Notes under the pieces: model-generated
Seen by the model: only the letters and a program-made list of their open reading frames with translations
What the model was told of the DNA's origin: nothing
Database searches by the model: none
Translations under genes and position numbers: made by a program
Origin: Podarcis filfolensis
Lineage: Eukaryota
DNA length: 64,000 bases
Assembly (NCBI GenBank): GCA_964270895.1
Contig: OZ185441.1
Direction: 5' to 3' (one strand)
Shown: positions 50,401 through 62,920 of the stretch, piece by piece
Layout of the letters: each line of letters opens with the position of its first letter
Numbering within the stretch: position 1 is the stretch's first letter

Positions 50401-52052
50401 ATTAAACTATGCCTGCCATGAGCAGGTCTGTTCCTTTTTAGACATGTCACAAAAACTACAACTCTCCACCCCCTTATTTTTTATTTTTTTACATCTATCC
50501 ATATGAAGAAAGTTCCTGTACTCACTCATTCATGGACTTGTTGGTCTTAATAAAGGCATTATAAAATCTTTGTTAGGTGGTTTTCTTCCACTCATAAGAG
50601 GATATATCCCACACGTAAGTATATTTCTCAATCATGTCTAAAGTTAACTTGTCTAAAGTCTGACAGGAGTTCATCAAAGGAAATGAAATTCAGTTGTGTT
50701 ATCTTTCCTTGCAGATTCCAAGACTTCCTTTGGTAACCCAACACAAAACCCAGCATCGTGTTGTATATTTAAAGGCCTACACAATTTTTTAAACAAACTA
50801 AAAAGGAAAAGCTATTCATGATGTGGTTCTGGAGTTGTAACTGATCAGCAGTAACTTAAAGGGAATAAAAATGAGGTCAGGTTCATATTTGTAAGTACTC
50901 TAAATACCACATCATCTTCTTAAAATGTGGATCCTGCATATTACCTTCGAACAGCCTTTTTTTAAAAAAAAAAAATTGTGCCTTACCATCTGTCCTCAGC
51001 GATACTTCCCCACCCGTTTGCTGTGCCAACTTTAGATACAAAGAAGAAAAGGTTAAATTCGTGGGGAAGGATATTGGCTTGGATTTAATGTAGCACACAA
51101 ATCTCCTTGGAGATGACTCATCACTTTAAAAAGAACACGTTAGAACATATTCAGACATCAGAAAATGACTGATTTACTTTTCAGTACATTGGGTGATTCC
51201 CAAAATATATCACGGGATGACTAACTAGTTCCAGTTCGTGTCTCCATGATAAATGAGGATTTATCCATGTGAAGTGAGCCAACTAGTTTGGGATACCCAG
51301 CTGCTATTATCCTTTAAAAGGTGATGATTCAGACACAGCTATATAGGTACCCTAAGGTGAAGAGAAATTGGCAGGAAATGGTTATGCAAATATAAACCTC
51401 AACAATATTTTGCTTAGATGAGATTGGAAATCCAAAAAAGAACAAAATGAAAGCCCACTTCAAGCACTGAACCTGGACAGGTAAGGCCATGCAGCGGACC
51501 TGTTCCAAACGTCACTGGGCACAACCTCTCCATCTCCAACCTTCTTGTGTTTAGTACGAAGTTCAGAATGGGGCATGTAAGTGCCTTTTAAGGACTCCCA
51601 ATGGTGGCTTGTAAGTTTTATTGCATGCCATCCCTAACACTGAATGGTTTGAAATTCCAGTGGTTTCAATCGTGCTTTAAACATACCCTTCAGCATTTCA
51701 GGGGGACACACCCACCCCACCACCCCATCTACCCACTCTTCTTTGCCCACCCACCCACCTGACCCACCACTTCTCTCATGCCCTTGCTCACCCATCGCTT
51801 CTCCCCCCCTCCTGCCATGTGAAATTAGGGTGCCCCAGGATGAAGGCAGAGCCTGGGGCACCTTGAAAGTGGGACTGTCTTGCTTAAAACAGGCCACTTG
51901 ACAGGTATGCTTTAACCCAGGGTTTGTGTTTTCCATGGGACAATAAGACTGTGATGTACAACCTGAAGGCTACAGTGGAGGAGGTTCAGCAGCATAAAAC
52001 CCCTGAGTTTCTCCCGTCAGCTATATTACACTGTTCTTCCTTAGCATTCATT

Positions 52053-52302
52053 GTGTGGTGTAGTGGTTAAGAGTGGTAGACTCGTAATCTGGTGAACCGG
52101 GTTCGCGTCTCTGCTCCTCCACATGCAGCTGCTGGTTGACCTTGGGCTAGTTTCAAGAGAAGTGTGACTTAAGAGAAGTCACTCAACCCTACTCACCTCA
52201 CAGAGTGTTTGTTGTGGAGGATGAAGGGAAAGGAGAATGTTAGCCGCTTTGAGACTCCTCAAGGAGAGTGATAAAGCGGGATATCAAATACCAACTCTTC
52301 TT
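52053..52302 (+). mobile_element. tRNA/CORE SINE (Squam3-like)
   Basis: A box tgtggtgtagtggtt, B box gggttcgcg, CORE-like tgaccttgggctag, L2-like end gatatcaaata..ctcttctt. Confidence 0.88.
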
Positions 52303-54902
52303 ATCAGCCTTTTGTAACACAAGCAGCACATGAGTCTGGCTTGAATACACACTTAAATTCAAATAACTTGATTCAGAATTTAGGGTGTCTTGCACTGCCC
52401 CCTCCCTGATTCAAAGCAGTATGTTCAGGAAAACATACTTGCAATTTGCTTCAGATTTTCATCTGAGGCAGAGTGGGCTTTCCTGGTTCACACAAGGCAC
52501 CATGTTCGTGGCCCCTCCCTCCTTCTGCACACTTTTGTTTTCATGTGACCAGGCTGAACAGCTGAAGGGGACTAAAAGAAAAGAAAAGGGGATAAAGAAG
52601 AACCATTATTTTTTAGGATGAAACAATTAACAATATGACACCATTCTCCCCACCCCGGGCTGGATCCAGCTTTCATTCCATTGATTTCAATGGGAGTCAA
52701 ACATTACTTTCTTAGTATGAATCCAACAGATGGATTTCTGAATGAAACTACTGGCACGCATGATTCTCTTACACAGGTATGGGAACAGAATATTATCAAA
52801 GTGATTGAACCCCCACTCACCCAAAATGGGATACAATTTGGGGATGAAAAGAGTTCATCCATGGCCAAACGCACGGATATGCCTTCCAATTCATGCACAG
52901 ATGGTGCCTAATCCCACTCCCAAACACACACTATGTGCAATCAGCCAAAGTAACAATCCAACTTGCTGGAGTTTCTTTGGCCTGGGCACAAAAGAGAAAG
53001 GGGAAGTCCTGAGATAGGTGCAAAGAATCTTGGTCTGATTGTATGAGCAGGAAAGCATGACAGTGGAGAAAGGAAGGAGACATCCAGGTGCACAAGAAAT
53101 TGAATTCTTCAGGAAAATTCTGTTGTTGTTATACCATTTTCAATCCAGTCTCTTCACGCTGTTTCAGAATGGGTAGCCTTTGCTTTCCCCTCATTTTCTC
53201 TTACTATGGTCACCGGGAACATATATATTATTATTATTTTGGTAAACCGTTTTGAGGATTGTTGTTATTGCTGAACCATCAAGCGGTGTCAAAACTGCCA
53301 GTGGAAAACTGTTCATGGAGATGTGTTGGGTCACACATCATATCCCGTGCCATAGCATGGGCATGTACATCAGACACAGCACACCCAAATTCCAACCAGT
53401 ATACGACAATGTGTTGCCCCAAATGTGTGAGTGGCTTTGAGTATTTTCTAATGGCCCAGTTGCACCAGTGCTATCAGAGTTCTGAAGCAGCTCTTCCTGT
53501 AGAAAGTTGTAATAACCCTACAATTTGCACAGGTACAAAAGGAAGCCATCTCACACTGTAAAATAAGCTTTTATCGAGTTTTATTACACTGTATTCTCCA
53601 CTCGGCTCCATCCTGTGTATTCATTAGTGGTAAAGTACATGCCATACCTTTGGCATATTCTATTTTTAATGTAAAATTAGGAAGATAAATACTTAATTTA
53701 AACATTATTTACTAAATTAAATACAGGGTACTACAGTCATAGATATAGCCACAGGATCAGGGGAAAATGTGTTTGCAATATAATTAGCATAAGTACAGAG
53801 CTTCTGCCTCCAGAACCTTAAAAGCATACATAAAGTATTAATATACTTTACTTAAAATGGCATTAAAAATTAATGCATCTTCATTACAAGGGTTTGTTAA
53901 TATCCTCAATTTATTCAAACTCTCCTACTTTTAGCCTACCTTTCAGTATTTTATTAAACCTAGCATTTCTTTCTTTTTTTAAAAAAACCACATTGTGATA
54001 ATTTAATGTTAATATTGGTGGAAGCTGCTTGGTAGAACAGTAGATTTGAAACTTACCCCCGTTGTTGCCTGGGCATGCTGCCTCCCTAAGATCCAGGCAG
54101 CTGCCCTCTGGAAAAGGGCGTCACTGCTGCTTTCCTGGTTGGGGCTTAACAGCAATGCAGCCAAAATACCCTGCCCATATTACTGCCCCAGCAGTGATGG
54201 CTGTGTCAGGAGGGCAATTTTATCCCACCACATGCATGCACTGCTACAGGAAATTTCACTGCTGCCAGGGGCACTGCCAGAGGCTTGGAAATGTCACGTC
54301 TCCATCTTTTAGATTTGATCAACCCCTCATGGTTCCTCCTACCTTTCTACATTTGTCTCCAAAAGCTGACGACAGGTAACTTGCCATCACTTTCAGTTAT
54401 ATTCCCTCCTGATCTCTAGGCTTGTGGCTTTCAACTTCCTCCTCAGTCTGACACCTCTCTCTCTCTCCTGCATCTCAGTTCAGCCTCAGAGCTACCCTTG
54501 GCTTGTCGCTGCTTCGCCGATCTCCCTCTTGCTTTGCTTCTGTGACAGCCTTCACTAATGCAGCAGGGACTTTGATCTTAATACCTTCCAGAGCTTCAAA
54601 CAAACAAACAAACAAAACCTGTATCTAGTCCCAAAATCTTGACTTGGCTCTCCTACCTGAAATTCACTCTGCAGACCAAAGACATAAACATGTCTCCTCA
54701 AAAGTAAGTCCTGCTGAACTCCAGAGGCCATATTCCCTAGTAACTAGAATTAGGACTGCAGCCTCAGTTACCCATACTGTGCTCCTATTTAGGGCAGGGC
54801 ACTATTCCTCCTCACAAACCTTTCGCAGAGCTTTGGTTCCCACCCTCAAGGTTATCTTAAAGTCCCTGAAATTATCTCCCCAAGCCTTCAGTATGGGTCG
54901 GT

Positions 54903-54967
54903 GAGGAGGAGGAAGAGGAAGAGGTAGAGGAAGAGGAAGAGGAGAAGGAGGAGGAGCAGGAGGAGGC
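54903..54967. repeat. GAG/GAA-rich polypurine tract
   Basis: Directly visible. Confidence 0.9.
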
Positions 54968-56009
54968 AGTCACCACTCTGAGGGTATCCTTTGTTTGCTG
55001 CTGAGCATTTTGAAAATATTGCTGCAGGTTTCCCTTAAAAGTGTCACAAAACAGTCCATAGCCTTGGCTTTATCAAAACAAAATTGCCAGGCAAATGAGA
55101 AACTCAGCATGTCAAAGATGCTCCTGAGCAGGCTTAATGTCATTATTTGCCAGTAAGCCACCCAGACCAAAGCTAGCAGCCATTGATAAAGCAGAATCAA
55201 AGGGCCTGTCATGTATCTCACTGGAAATGCTGTGGAAGAATGCCATCATTAGCAGGCAAATCTTAGGGCAAGAAAGATGAAGAACAAGCCAATATTTGTG
55301 AGAGGAGTGTTGTATTGTGTGGTTGGTTGGTTGTGGGAGTGAGGACAGCCACTCCTAATGGAGATAACCTTCAATTAGGCAAACATAAGGAAATGCGGAG
55401 TCCTGAAACCCTCACCTCATAATTTTTCTTTTGCATTTGAATCACAATATAGCAATATATTCCAGCCCAAAGTTAGAAGGAAGGTTGTTTTAGCACTAAT
55501 TGAAAGCCAATAGACAATAGCCTGCAGCTGTTATTAAAAACTTAATGATAATAAAAATAATAATAATCTGCAGGTATCTGACAGGGTAAAATGAAACCAT
55601 ATGACAGAGAACTAAAAAGTGTTTGAAATAGGAACCATTGCTAGCAGGTTATTCTGTTTACTACCAAAATGACTCAGTCCACCAATCGTTTCATTCTTTC
55701 CATTTCCCTTGAAGGCCCTATTTTCTACAGCTATAGCATGGAGTGCAATCATCACTGAAGCACTGTTTGGGTGTCCTTTTCCATGCATGTGTTGAACAAT
55801 ACATCTGCAGGCACAGATAGTTGTATGTGTAAAGGTTTCCCCGAAATCTGCAACTCAGAATGAACCCTGAATTATCAGGGTTGCATATGCCAAAGAGAGC
55901 TTCATACCTAGAACTATGCATACAAATACACACACACCGTCTGTGTACACATACAAAATCTGTGGGAATAAGGGAAATTTCAATCCAGTTCATGTTTAAA
56001 GTGAACCCT

Positions 56010-56380
56010 ATTGAAACACAACCATCCTTCGGAATTCAGACTTCTCTGAATTTTGCAGTACAGCCCCACAGCCAAGTAATGTGCCTATACTAGGTGCATA
56101 GAAATGCATAAATTCATGAAAATAACATGCAGAAATGCATTATATTAGGGGAGATCATTTTGCAAAATAATTGTGTATATTAGGCAAAAAAAATGCATAC
56201 TAAAATTTGCATATTAGAAGACTTACACTAAAATGCTGGTGAATTGTCAGGAAAACATTCGTTTGTTTGTTTGCTTGCTTAAAATTGCAAGCTGGTTTGG
56301 AAATGTGGAGATCTGAACTTAAAATCTGAAAAATGAGAAACTGAGAGAAACCAGCATTGTCCAGGTTCAGCCATTTCTAC
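56010..56380 (+). mobile_element. TGCAT-rich interspersed repeat, without the RTE segment
   Basis: accatccttcggaattcagacttctctgaattttgcag...gagaaactgagagaaacc, homologous to ~32950-33288. Confidence 0.7.
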
Positions 56381-57712
56381 AGATCATTGCCCTAAGCATG
56401 CCGATATCAGAGGAGGCGCATAGAGTGTCAGAACGCCATGTCCTGTTCAACACAGGAGTGAAGAGTATCCTGTTAGGACTTGAGAGATCCTTCAATATAG
56501 ACATCAACAGGAACCATGGAAATGGTGGCCGTTTCCCTTTATAATCCCAACATACTCCTCTCCCAGGTCTTCTGCTACATCAAATCTCACAGGGTTATAG
56601 GCATTTCTTCTTCTAAGGCAAATTCACTTCAATGAATCTACTCTGTGCAGTACTAGCACTGTATGAAATTCTTAGTTTTTAAAATGCTACAAGACTTTGT
56701 TGTCTTTTTTTCTACATTCTAACATTGTCCCCTTCTGGAAGTACTCCTATAGATATTTTCTTCTTCTTTTTCTTTTCTTGTCTACAATATAGATAAATTT
56801 GTTTAAAACTCAGCCTCACTTTTACATCAGATTACCCAATCACTCATCTCATCACAGACTGCCCAGTAATCTTCCCATGCAACAAAGCAATCAGACAAGC
56901 TCTTTACCAGAGATTCAACAATCATTTCAAATTTCTTGCTCCATTGAAAATCCCAGGTGAAAATATATACATTTTGTAATGCCTACGGAGACCTGGGAAA
57001 TCTTTTGGAATTTTGTAATTGAGATACTGTTGCGATGAGAGCCTGGGGTGGATGGTTAGCTAAAAAAAAAAAAATGTTATTAGTGAATTCTTTTTAGAAC
57101 TTTCTTAGATGTATTTATAATGATGTTGCTTTGAAGGCCCTGTGACAGAAACATACCAATATACATTAAAGTATAAATATGAGCATTTAAATAGTGGGGT
57201 CCACATTTCACTATGCAAGAATGATGTGTGAATTTTCCCTGCCTTGTTATAGAATAGCAGCATGCCTTCCATTCATTAGTACTCCTATTTTGCTTGCAAC
57301 ACTTATTTGCAGCAGATTCCGTTCTGGACTTTCCCCCGAGCTTTGGATAACTTTGGTTTCATTATCCAAGTATTTTTCACATTTAGGTTTTCATCTTTTT
57401 AAGGATGGATTGCAATGGTGGAGGTGGGTTAGTAGCTCCGGGTGTGTATTTCTTTACCAGGTGATTTCTTTTTATTTAAAAAACATTGATCTACAATATG
57501 GGGTTTCTTGTTCCTACATTCCTTTATTATTCAGTCACTAACCTATACCATGTCAATATATTTTTAATAAAAAAAGGCATTATGTAAGTGGATATTTTTA
57601 CAACCTTGCCACTGTTGCAGTGTTCCTGTGAGTTGAACAAAGCTATACAAATCTCTTTTCATATAGATTGCATTCAAATCCTAATCTTTACTCAATAGAT
57701 TCATTTCATTTC

Positions 57713-57714
<2 letters not shown>

Positions 57715-57754
<40 letters not shown>
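57715..57754. repeat. (ATT)n microsatellite
   Basis: Directly visible. Confidence 0.97.
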
Positions 57755-57758
<4 letters not shown>

Positions 57759-59016
57759 TATCCTCCAAACCAAGAGATGTTTTCTCTAAAGGTAGTATGC
57801 AGTGTAGGAGACATCTAAGCATTTTCTTCCCACAAGAGTTCAAAAATAATGAAACAGCCTTCCGAAACCAAATCAAACTGGGATGAAACGATAATTTTTA
57901 AAGGACCAGAGGATCCTTTCTAACTACAGGAATTGAAATAATTTTAAACTCTGAATACCATCTAAAGGTCATTTGTTTTTCCTGTCAGAATCCCCAAGCT
58001 CAAAACAATTTCCTGCCCCTTCTACTAGTGATTCTCCTGACAGCATGACAGCTCCATTCAAGGTGTTCCACCAAGATTCCTAGAGGCTCATCTGTTGCTG
58101 GGTTGACCTGCTGAGGAAGACAATTCGAGTAATTATTGCATGATCTGGTGCCTTTGCTGTGTTGCGTTCCTGCAAAACATGGCTTTCAGATTGGGAGCAA
58201 ACCTCCTCATGGTCCCTCCTACATCTATTTGAAGCAAAAATCCCTGCTCCCTTCCCTTCTCAACTCCATTGTCCACCCTCCACTATTCAATTTCAAGTCC
58301 TCCCTGATCAGCTTCCGGGCTGAGTATCGTTACAGGTCTGCTGCTTCTGCCATGTAATCATATATTATATCTGCTTTAGAGGTCGACCTGAAAGTCATCG
58401 CTGAGGGGTACAGCCCTTAAGTCAGGAATAGCTGACATGGTGTCCTCCAGATGTTGTTGGACTCCCAACTCCTGTCAGTCCCCAGCTAGTTTGTCCAGTG
58501 GTCAAAGATGATGGGAGTTGTACTCCAGCAATATCTGAATGGCTACTCCCTGTCTAAAGTGATTGTCATGTGTGTATGAACCAGCCTTAATCTTATAATT
58601 CTAGATATGCATGTGGGATCGTTCCTCTCCTGTTTTGCTACCTTATCTTTATTGCTCTGCATCCACATATACTGCAGCACCTCTCCATGCAAATTTCCCT
58701 GAGCCGCCCATTTGCCGATATGCATTCCCTTCCCTAGTGAAATACTTCATTTACCTTGAGCACTCTAATGATTAATTTATTTATATCAAAGTGGGAACGT
58801 TCTTTCTTCATCCTAAGAAAAGTTAATGGGGTACTTGACACCTTGACATCTTTGTCTTGAAACCCTCCCATACTCGACTACAATCGGTTTCTATTTGCAT
58901 AACAGTGTTATCCATCAATTTACTGGCAGTTAAGTGACCACTCTTCTGATGTAATCACTTTCCTTTATTTAAAAAAAAGATCTTTAGTTTGCAGCAGTTC
59001 TGTAATGGGAACTTGG

Positions 59017-59213
59017 TTAGAGCAAGGGCATATCCAAATGACCAGTGAATTGTATCCTTTGATCAAAATTCATTTTTCTTCTGTTATAGTTCTCCAAGTC
59101 CTGACTCAAGGAGAAATACGCATTATCTATAATGGGTGGGCATACTGATATTTTGACTTTGGTTTTCAAAAAATAGGCTTCCAGCTCTGAAGAAGGAGAG
59201 TCCACAGCTTTTC
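59017..59213 (-). CDS. Candidate terminal coding exon of an unidentified gene
   Basis: Acceptor cctttttatttagtttag; 64 open codons (KAVDSPSSELEAYFLKTKVKISVCPPIIDNAYFSLSQDLENYNRRKMNFDQRIQFTGHLDMPLL*); AATAAA on the minus strand at 58964-58969; peptide not recognised. Confidence 0.25.
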
Positions 59214-61184
59214 CTAAACTAAATAAAAAGGTAATTGCTTTTTAACAGGAAGGGGGGGGGTCTAGAACACATTATGATAGCATTTGCCATTTGGGCTTTT
59301 TATTTCTTTTCCTAAACAAAAACAAACACACAAACTGCCAAGATACACTGCATGTAGAAGACTAATACATAAGGAGAAACTTTCTAACCCAAGCCTCTCC
59401 TAGTTTGGGGGGTCAAGCTCATTTTTTTTAAAAAAAAAAATGTTGATATATTATCAACATTCCTTCTTTCCACAGAATTTTACCACTTTGCTCAGCTACA
59501 TGTATAGGCACATCTTGGGCCTGGTTCACAGATGTAACAGAATGGTAATGAGAAGAGTTCTGAGGTACTAGAATGTGCTGCATTGTTTCAAACTGGAGTA
59601 TCACTTTTAAATTATCCCCTACTTAAAGGATGTTCTGTAACCTGAAAATTAGCAGAACACAGAGAGGAGGCTAGGATCGAACCTTTCTCTCCAGTGCGCC
59701 AAATTAACAACTGTGTGTGTACAAAATAAAAACATCTGCATGCATGCGTGAGCCAGACTTGCAATATAAGCTAGTGGGAATCCTGCAAAGTAGACCATGC
59801 TGCTTACACGTGGGTAAATGCATAATAACTGTCACAAGTAGAAAGTAGAAGGAGGGCACACTGGGGTGCTAGCTTAATGCCCTGGGGCAAGGCCAGTATG
59901 AAATAAGCCTTTCTGAAGAGCTGTTCACCCCTTGTGAAGGTAGCTGTAAAAAGAAAAGAAAGAAGGTGATTCTGTCATTGGTCCTATTGACTTTGACAAT
60001 AAGGGACTTGGGATAATCCATGAGCTTGTAAGAATGAGCAAAGTATCTCTCATTCAGCCTTGTCCATGAACAGACAGGCAAAAACTGTACTTTGAAAGCA
60101 AAACATTGCACTGGTCATAGGTTCAGGTTTTTATGTTCCTTTCTATTAAAAAAAGAAGTTAAGATGACAACAACAACAACAACAACAGATGTTCACTTTT
60201 TCAAACAAACAAACACAACTTTGAGAGTTGAATAAATAGAGGAAGGACAGCATCTTCTTAAGTTCAGGTCAGCCTAAAATCCACACAGTCCTGAGAGGGG
60301 AAAATGCTTCTAGGATAAAGTAATGCAGTCCCCAAATAACAATAGTTTGTTCTCCAGGCAGAAGCCTGTCAAATGTCTGCCTAGATCAGCCTCTGCTGAT
60401 TTCCTCCACTCATCCTCATCATCTGCAATCTGACTGATCTGAAGTTTTGTTCTTTCACTTCTAGTGACTTCTGATGGCCGTGGGGAGGGGGTGAAGGTGA
60501 GATGTCAGGGCAGTAAACAGGAAATGACTTTAGTCTAAGGGCTGTCCCTTAAGAGGGAAAGTTCACTTCCAGCTTCAATCAATGAATCTGAAAGGTCTGC
60601 AATGCTGTAATTATGACATGGCTTCCAATCTCACCCCAATTATGGCATGGTAGCACTTCGTTCTCTCATATAGTTAAGCAAGCTGTAAAAACCTCAGTTC
60701 AACAACAACAACAAAAAGTCTTTTGTTTTCTTCACCATCTATGAGGGAGGTCACACTTGTAATTTTTCCCTCCTAGTTTTAAACTCAGAGGTTAACATAT
60801 GATGTTTGGAATGGTGATAGAGAGGTCTAAATGAATAAATTGGGGTCTTTGACCTCAATCTCTTTTTCCTAGTGGTGGTGGGGAATCACTCTTTGTTTAT
60901 AAGTTGAATCAAAGTAACCTATGCCTGACAATGTAACCTATTAGGCTTTGAGCATTTGCACACCCACCCCAAACCCACTATATATATATAAAATAAGATG
61001 CTTGTAATAAGTCACTTTACATAGACATGATTCTCATGTTGTTTGTGTGCTCATTTGAAATAGCAGTTGGGTCATACCTAATCAAATAGCCCCCATCCCC
61101 AATATCTTTGACTTTTGTCAGGGAGGTATGCTCAGGGGAAACTGCCCCTTTTACTTAATTGATGCTACCACCTTGACATTTCAC

Positions 61185-61460
61185 TAGCTTAGAGGCTGAA
61201 GGCACACTGAGATCCAGCTCTGAGGGCCTTCTGGCAGTTCCCTTACTGCGAGAAATGAGGTTACAGGCAACCAGGCAGAGGGCCTTCTCGGTAGTGGCGC
61301 CTGCCCTGTGGAATGCTCTCCCATCAGATGTCAAGGAAATAAACAACTATCTGACTTTTAGAAGACATCTGAAGGCAGCCATCTTTAGGGAAGTTTTTTA
61401 TGCCTGATGTTTTATTGTGTTTTTAATATTCTGTTGGGAGCCACCCAGATGGGCGGGGTA
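61185..61460 (+). mobile_element. L2 LINE 3' fragment
   Basis: Homologous to ~5270-5530 (agggccttctcggtagtggc...tttagggaagttttt...gccacccag). Confidence 0.88.
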
Positions 61461-61701
61461 CAGTGGTACCTCGGTTTATGAACTTAATCCACTCTGGAAG
61501 TCCGTTCTTAAACCAAAACAATTTTTAAACCGGGGTGCACTTTCCCTGATGAGGCCTCCCACTGCCAGTGCCCTTCCACTGTTTGGATTCCATTCTTAGA
61601 CCGAGGTAAAGTTCGCAAACCGGGACACTATTTCTGGTTTTGCGAAGTTCTTAAACCAAATCGTTCGTAAACAGGACTGTTCTTAAACTGAGGTACCATT
61701 G
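61461..61701. mobile_element. Tc1/mariner MITE, 241 bp, inserted in an L2 tail
   Basis: TIR cagtggtacctc / gaggtaccattg; TA TSD at 61459-61460 and 61702-61703. Confidence 0.9.
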
Positions 61702-61820
61702 TATGTTGTTGTTGTTGTTATACCAAGTTATGGGGTTTCTCATGAGAAGGGAAATAATCTCAGCCCCACTGATCACCATCAGCTGGACTTAACCTACTGA
61801 TTCCCATACGCATGCAAGTA

Positions 61821-62039
61821 CAGTGGTACCTCTGGTTATGCACACCTCCGGTTGCGTATCCCTCAAGATGTGAACGCAGCAAACCCGGAAGTATTTTTCC
61901 AGGTTTTGCCAAGCACACATGTGCAGAAGCGCTCCACTGGGCTGCACGTGTGCACAGAAGTGGTCCCTCCAGTTGCGGAAACCTCGGGATCCAACCGGAG
62001 CTCTGGAATGGATCCCGTCTGCAACTGGAGGTACCACTG
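61821..62039. mobile_element. Tc1/mariner MITE, 219 bp
   Basis: TIR cagtggtacctc / gaggtaccactg; TA on the left, CA on the right. Confidence 0.88.
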
Positions 62040-62158
62040 CATATAATTTGGATTCAAGATGGCTAGAATGTAAGACAAGAGCAAGCTCTTCATGAAGTTA
62101 GTCACCTTAAGACTCCTGGTTTAAAATGTTATTCAATAAATAATCCATGCAAAGGAGA

Positions 62159-62163
62159 AGAGG

Positions 62164-62231
<68 letters not shown>
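62159..62231. repeat. (GA)n microsatellite
   Basis: Directly visible. Confidence 0.97.
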
Positions 62232-62235
<4 letters not shown>

Positions 62236-62920
62236 GAACCAGCTATTTCCTGGCTAACACTGTGTACCACAAAGACACTGACTAACTGAAAGTCACTCAA
62301 TAAGTTTTGTGTTGAAGAGGAATTTGAACCTGAGTCTTCCTGGTATCTATCCAGCACACTATTACACTACCCTGGCACAAATTTTGCTCTCTAATTTTTA
62401 CCCTTCCTCTTTGAAAACATAGTCATGTCCTATTTAATTCAATAATGGAATTTTAAAATAATACATGCTAATTTTTTTTAAAAAAATTGACTGATGTCAA
62501 GTATAATTAGAAGTAAACTACAAGCAAATGTACGTACTGTGGTCTGATGTGTCATTAGTAATGTGATTCAACATTGTGGGAACTTATCTGTGAGCCTTGC
62601 AAAAAAGAAAGTCTGTGTGTAAGGTTTTTTTCTAAGTCAGGACAATGGAAAATATAAATATATGGCAATATCCACCCAAGGTTAAGCACTTGCATGTCCC
62701 ATTTATTTCAGTTGGACATATTTAAGCTTGTGCTTCACTCTCCCGTTGATTTGATTAGGTTCCTATTTAAAAAATAAATAAAAAATCCACACATTTAGTT
62801 TAAACAATTTGAATAGTTCACATATAATTGCTAAACTTTTGTAGTTGTTTTTTACTACTGAGCATCATAAGCAAGATACTTCCAATTGACAGTCTCCCAG
62901 GATGCATCACTGATGGATAT

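Noticed and set aside
52053-52125. tRNA-like heads here and at 37192 and 20909
   Set aside because: They continue into SINE bodies and tails and lack an intact cloverleaf, so they are not tRNA genes
54892-54990. Poly-Glu reading of the purine tract as an exon
   Set aside because: Interruptions fall at first and second codon positions, as expected for a decaying simple repeat; the donor is weak
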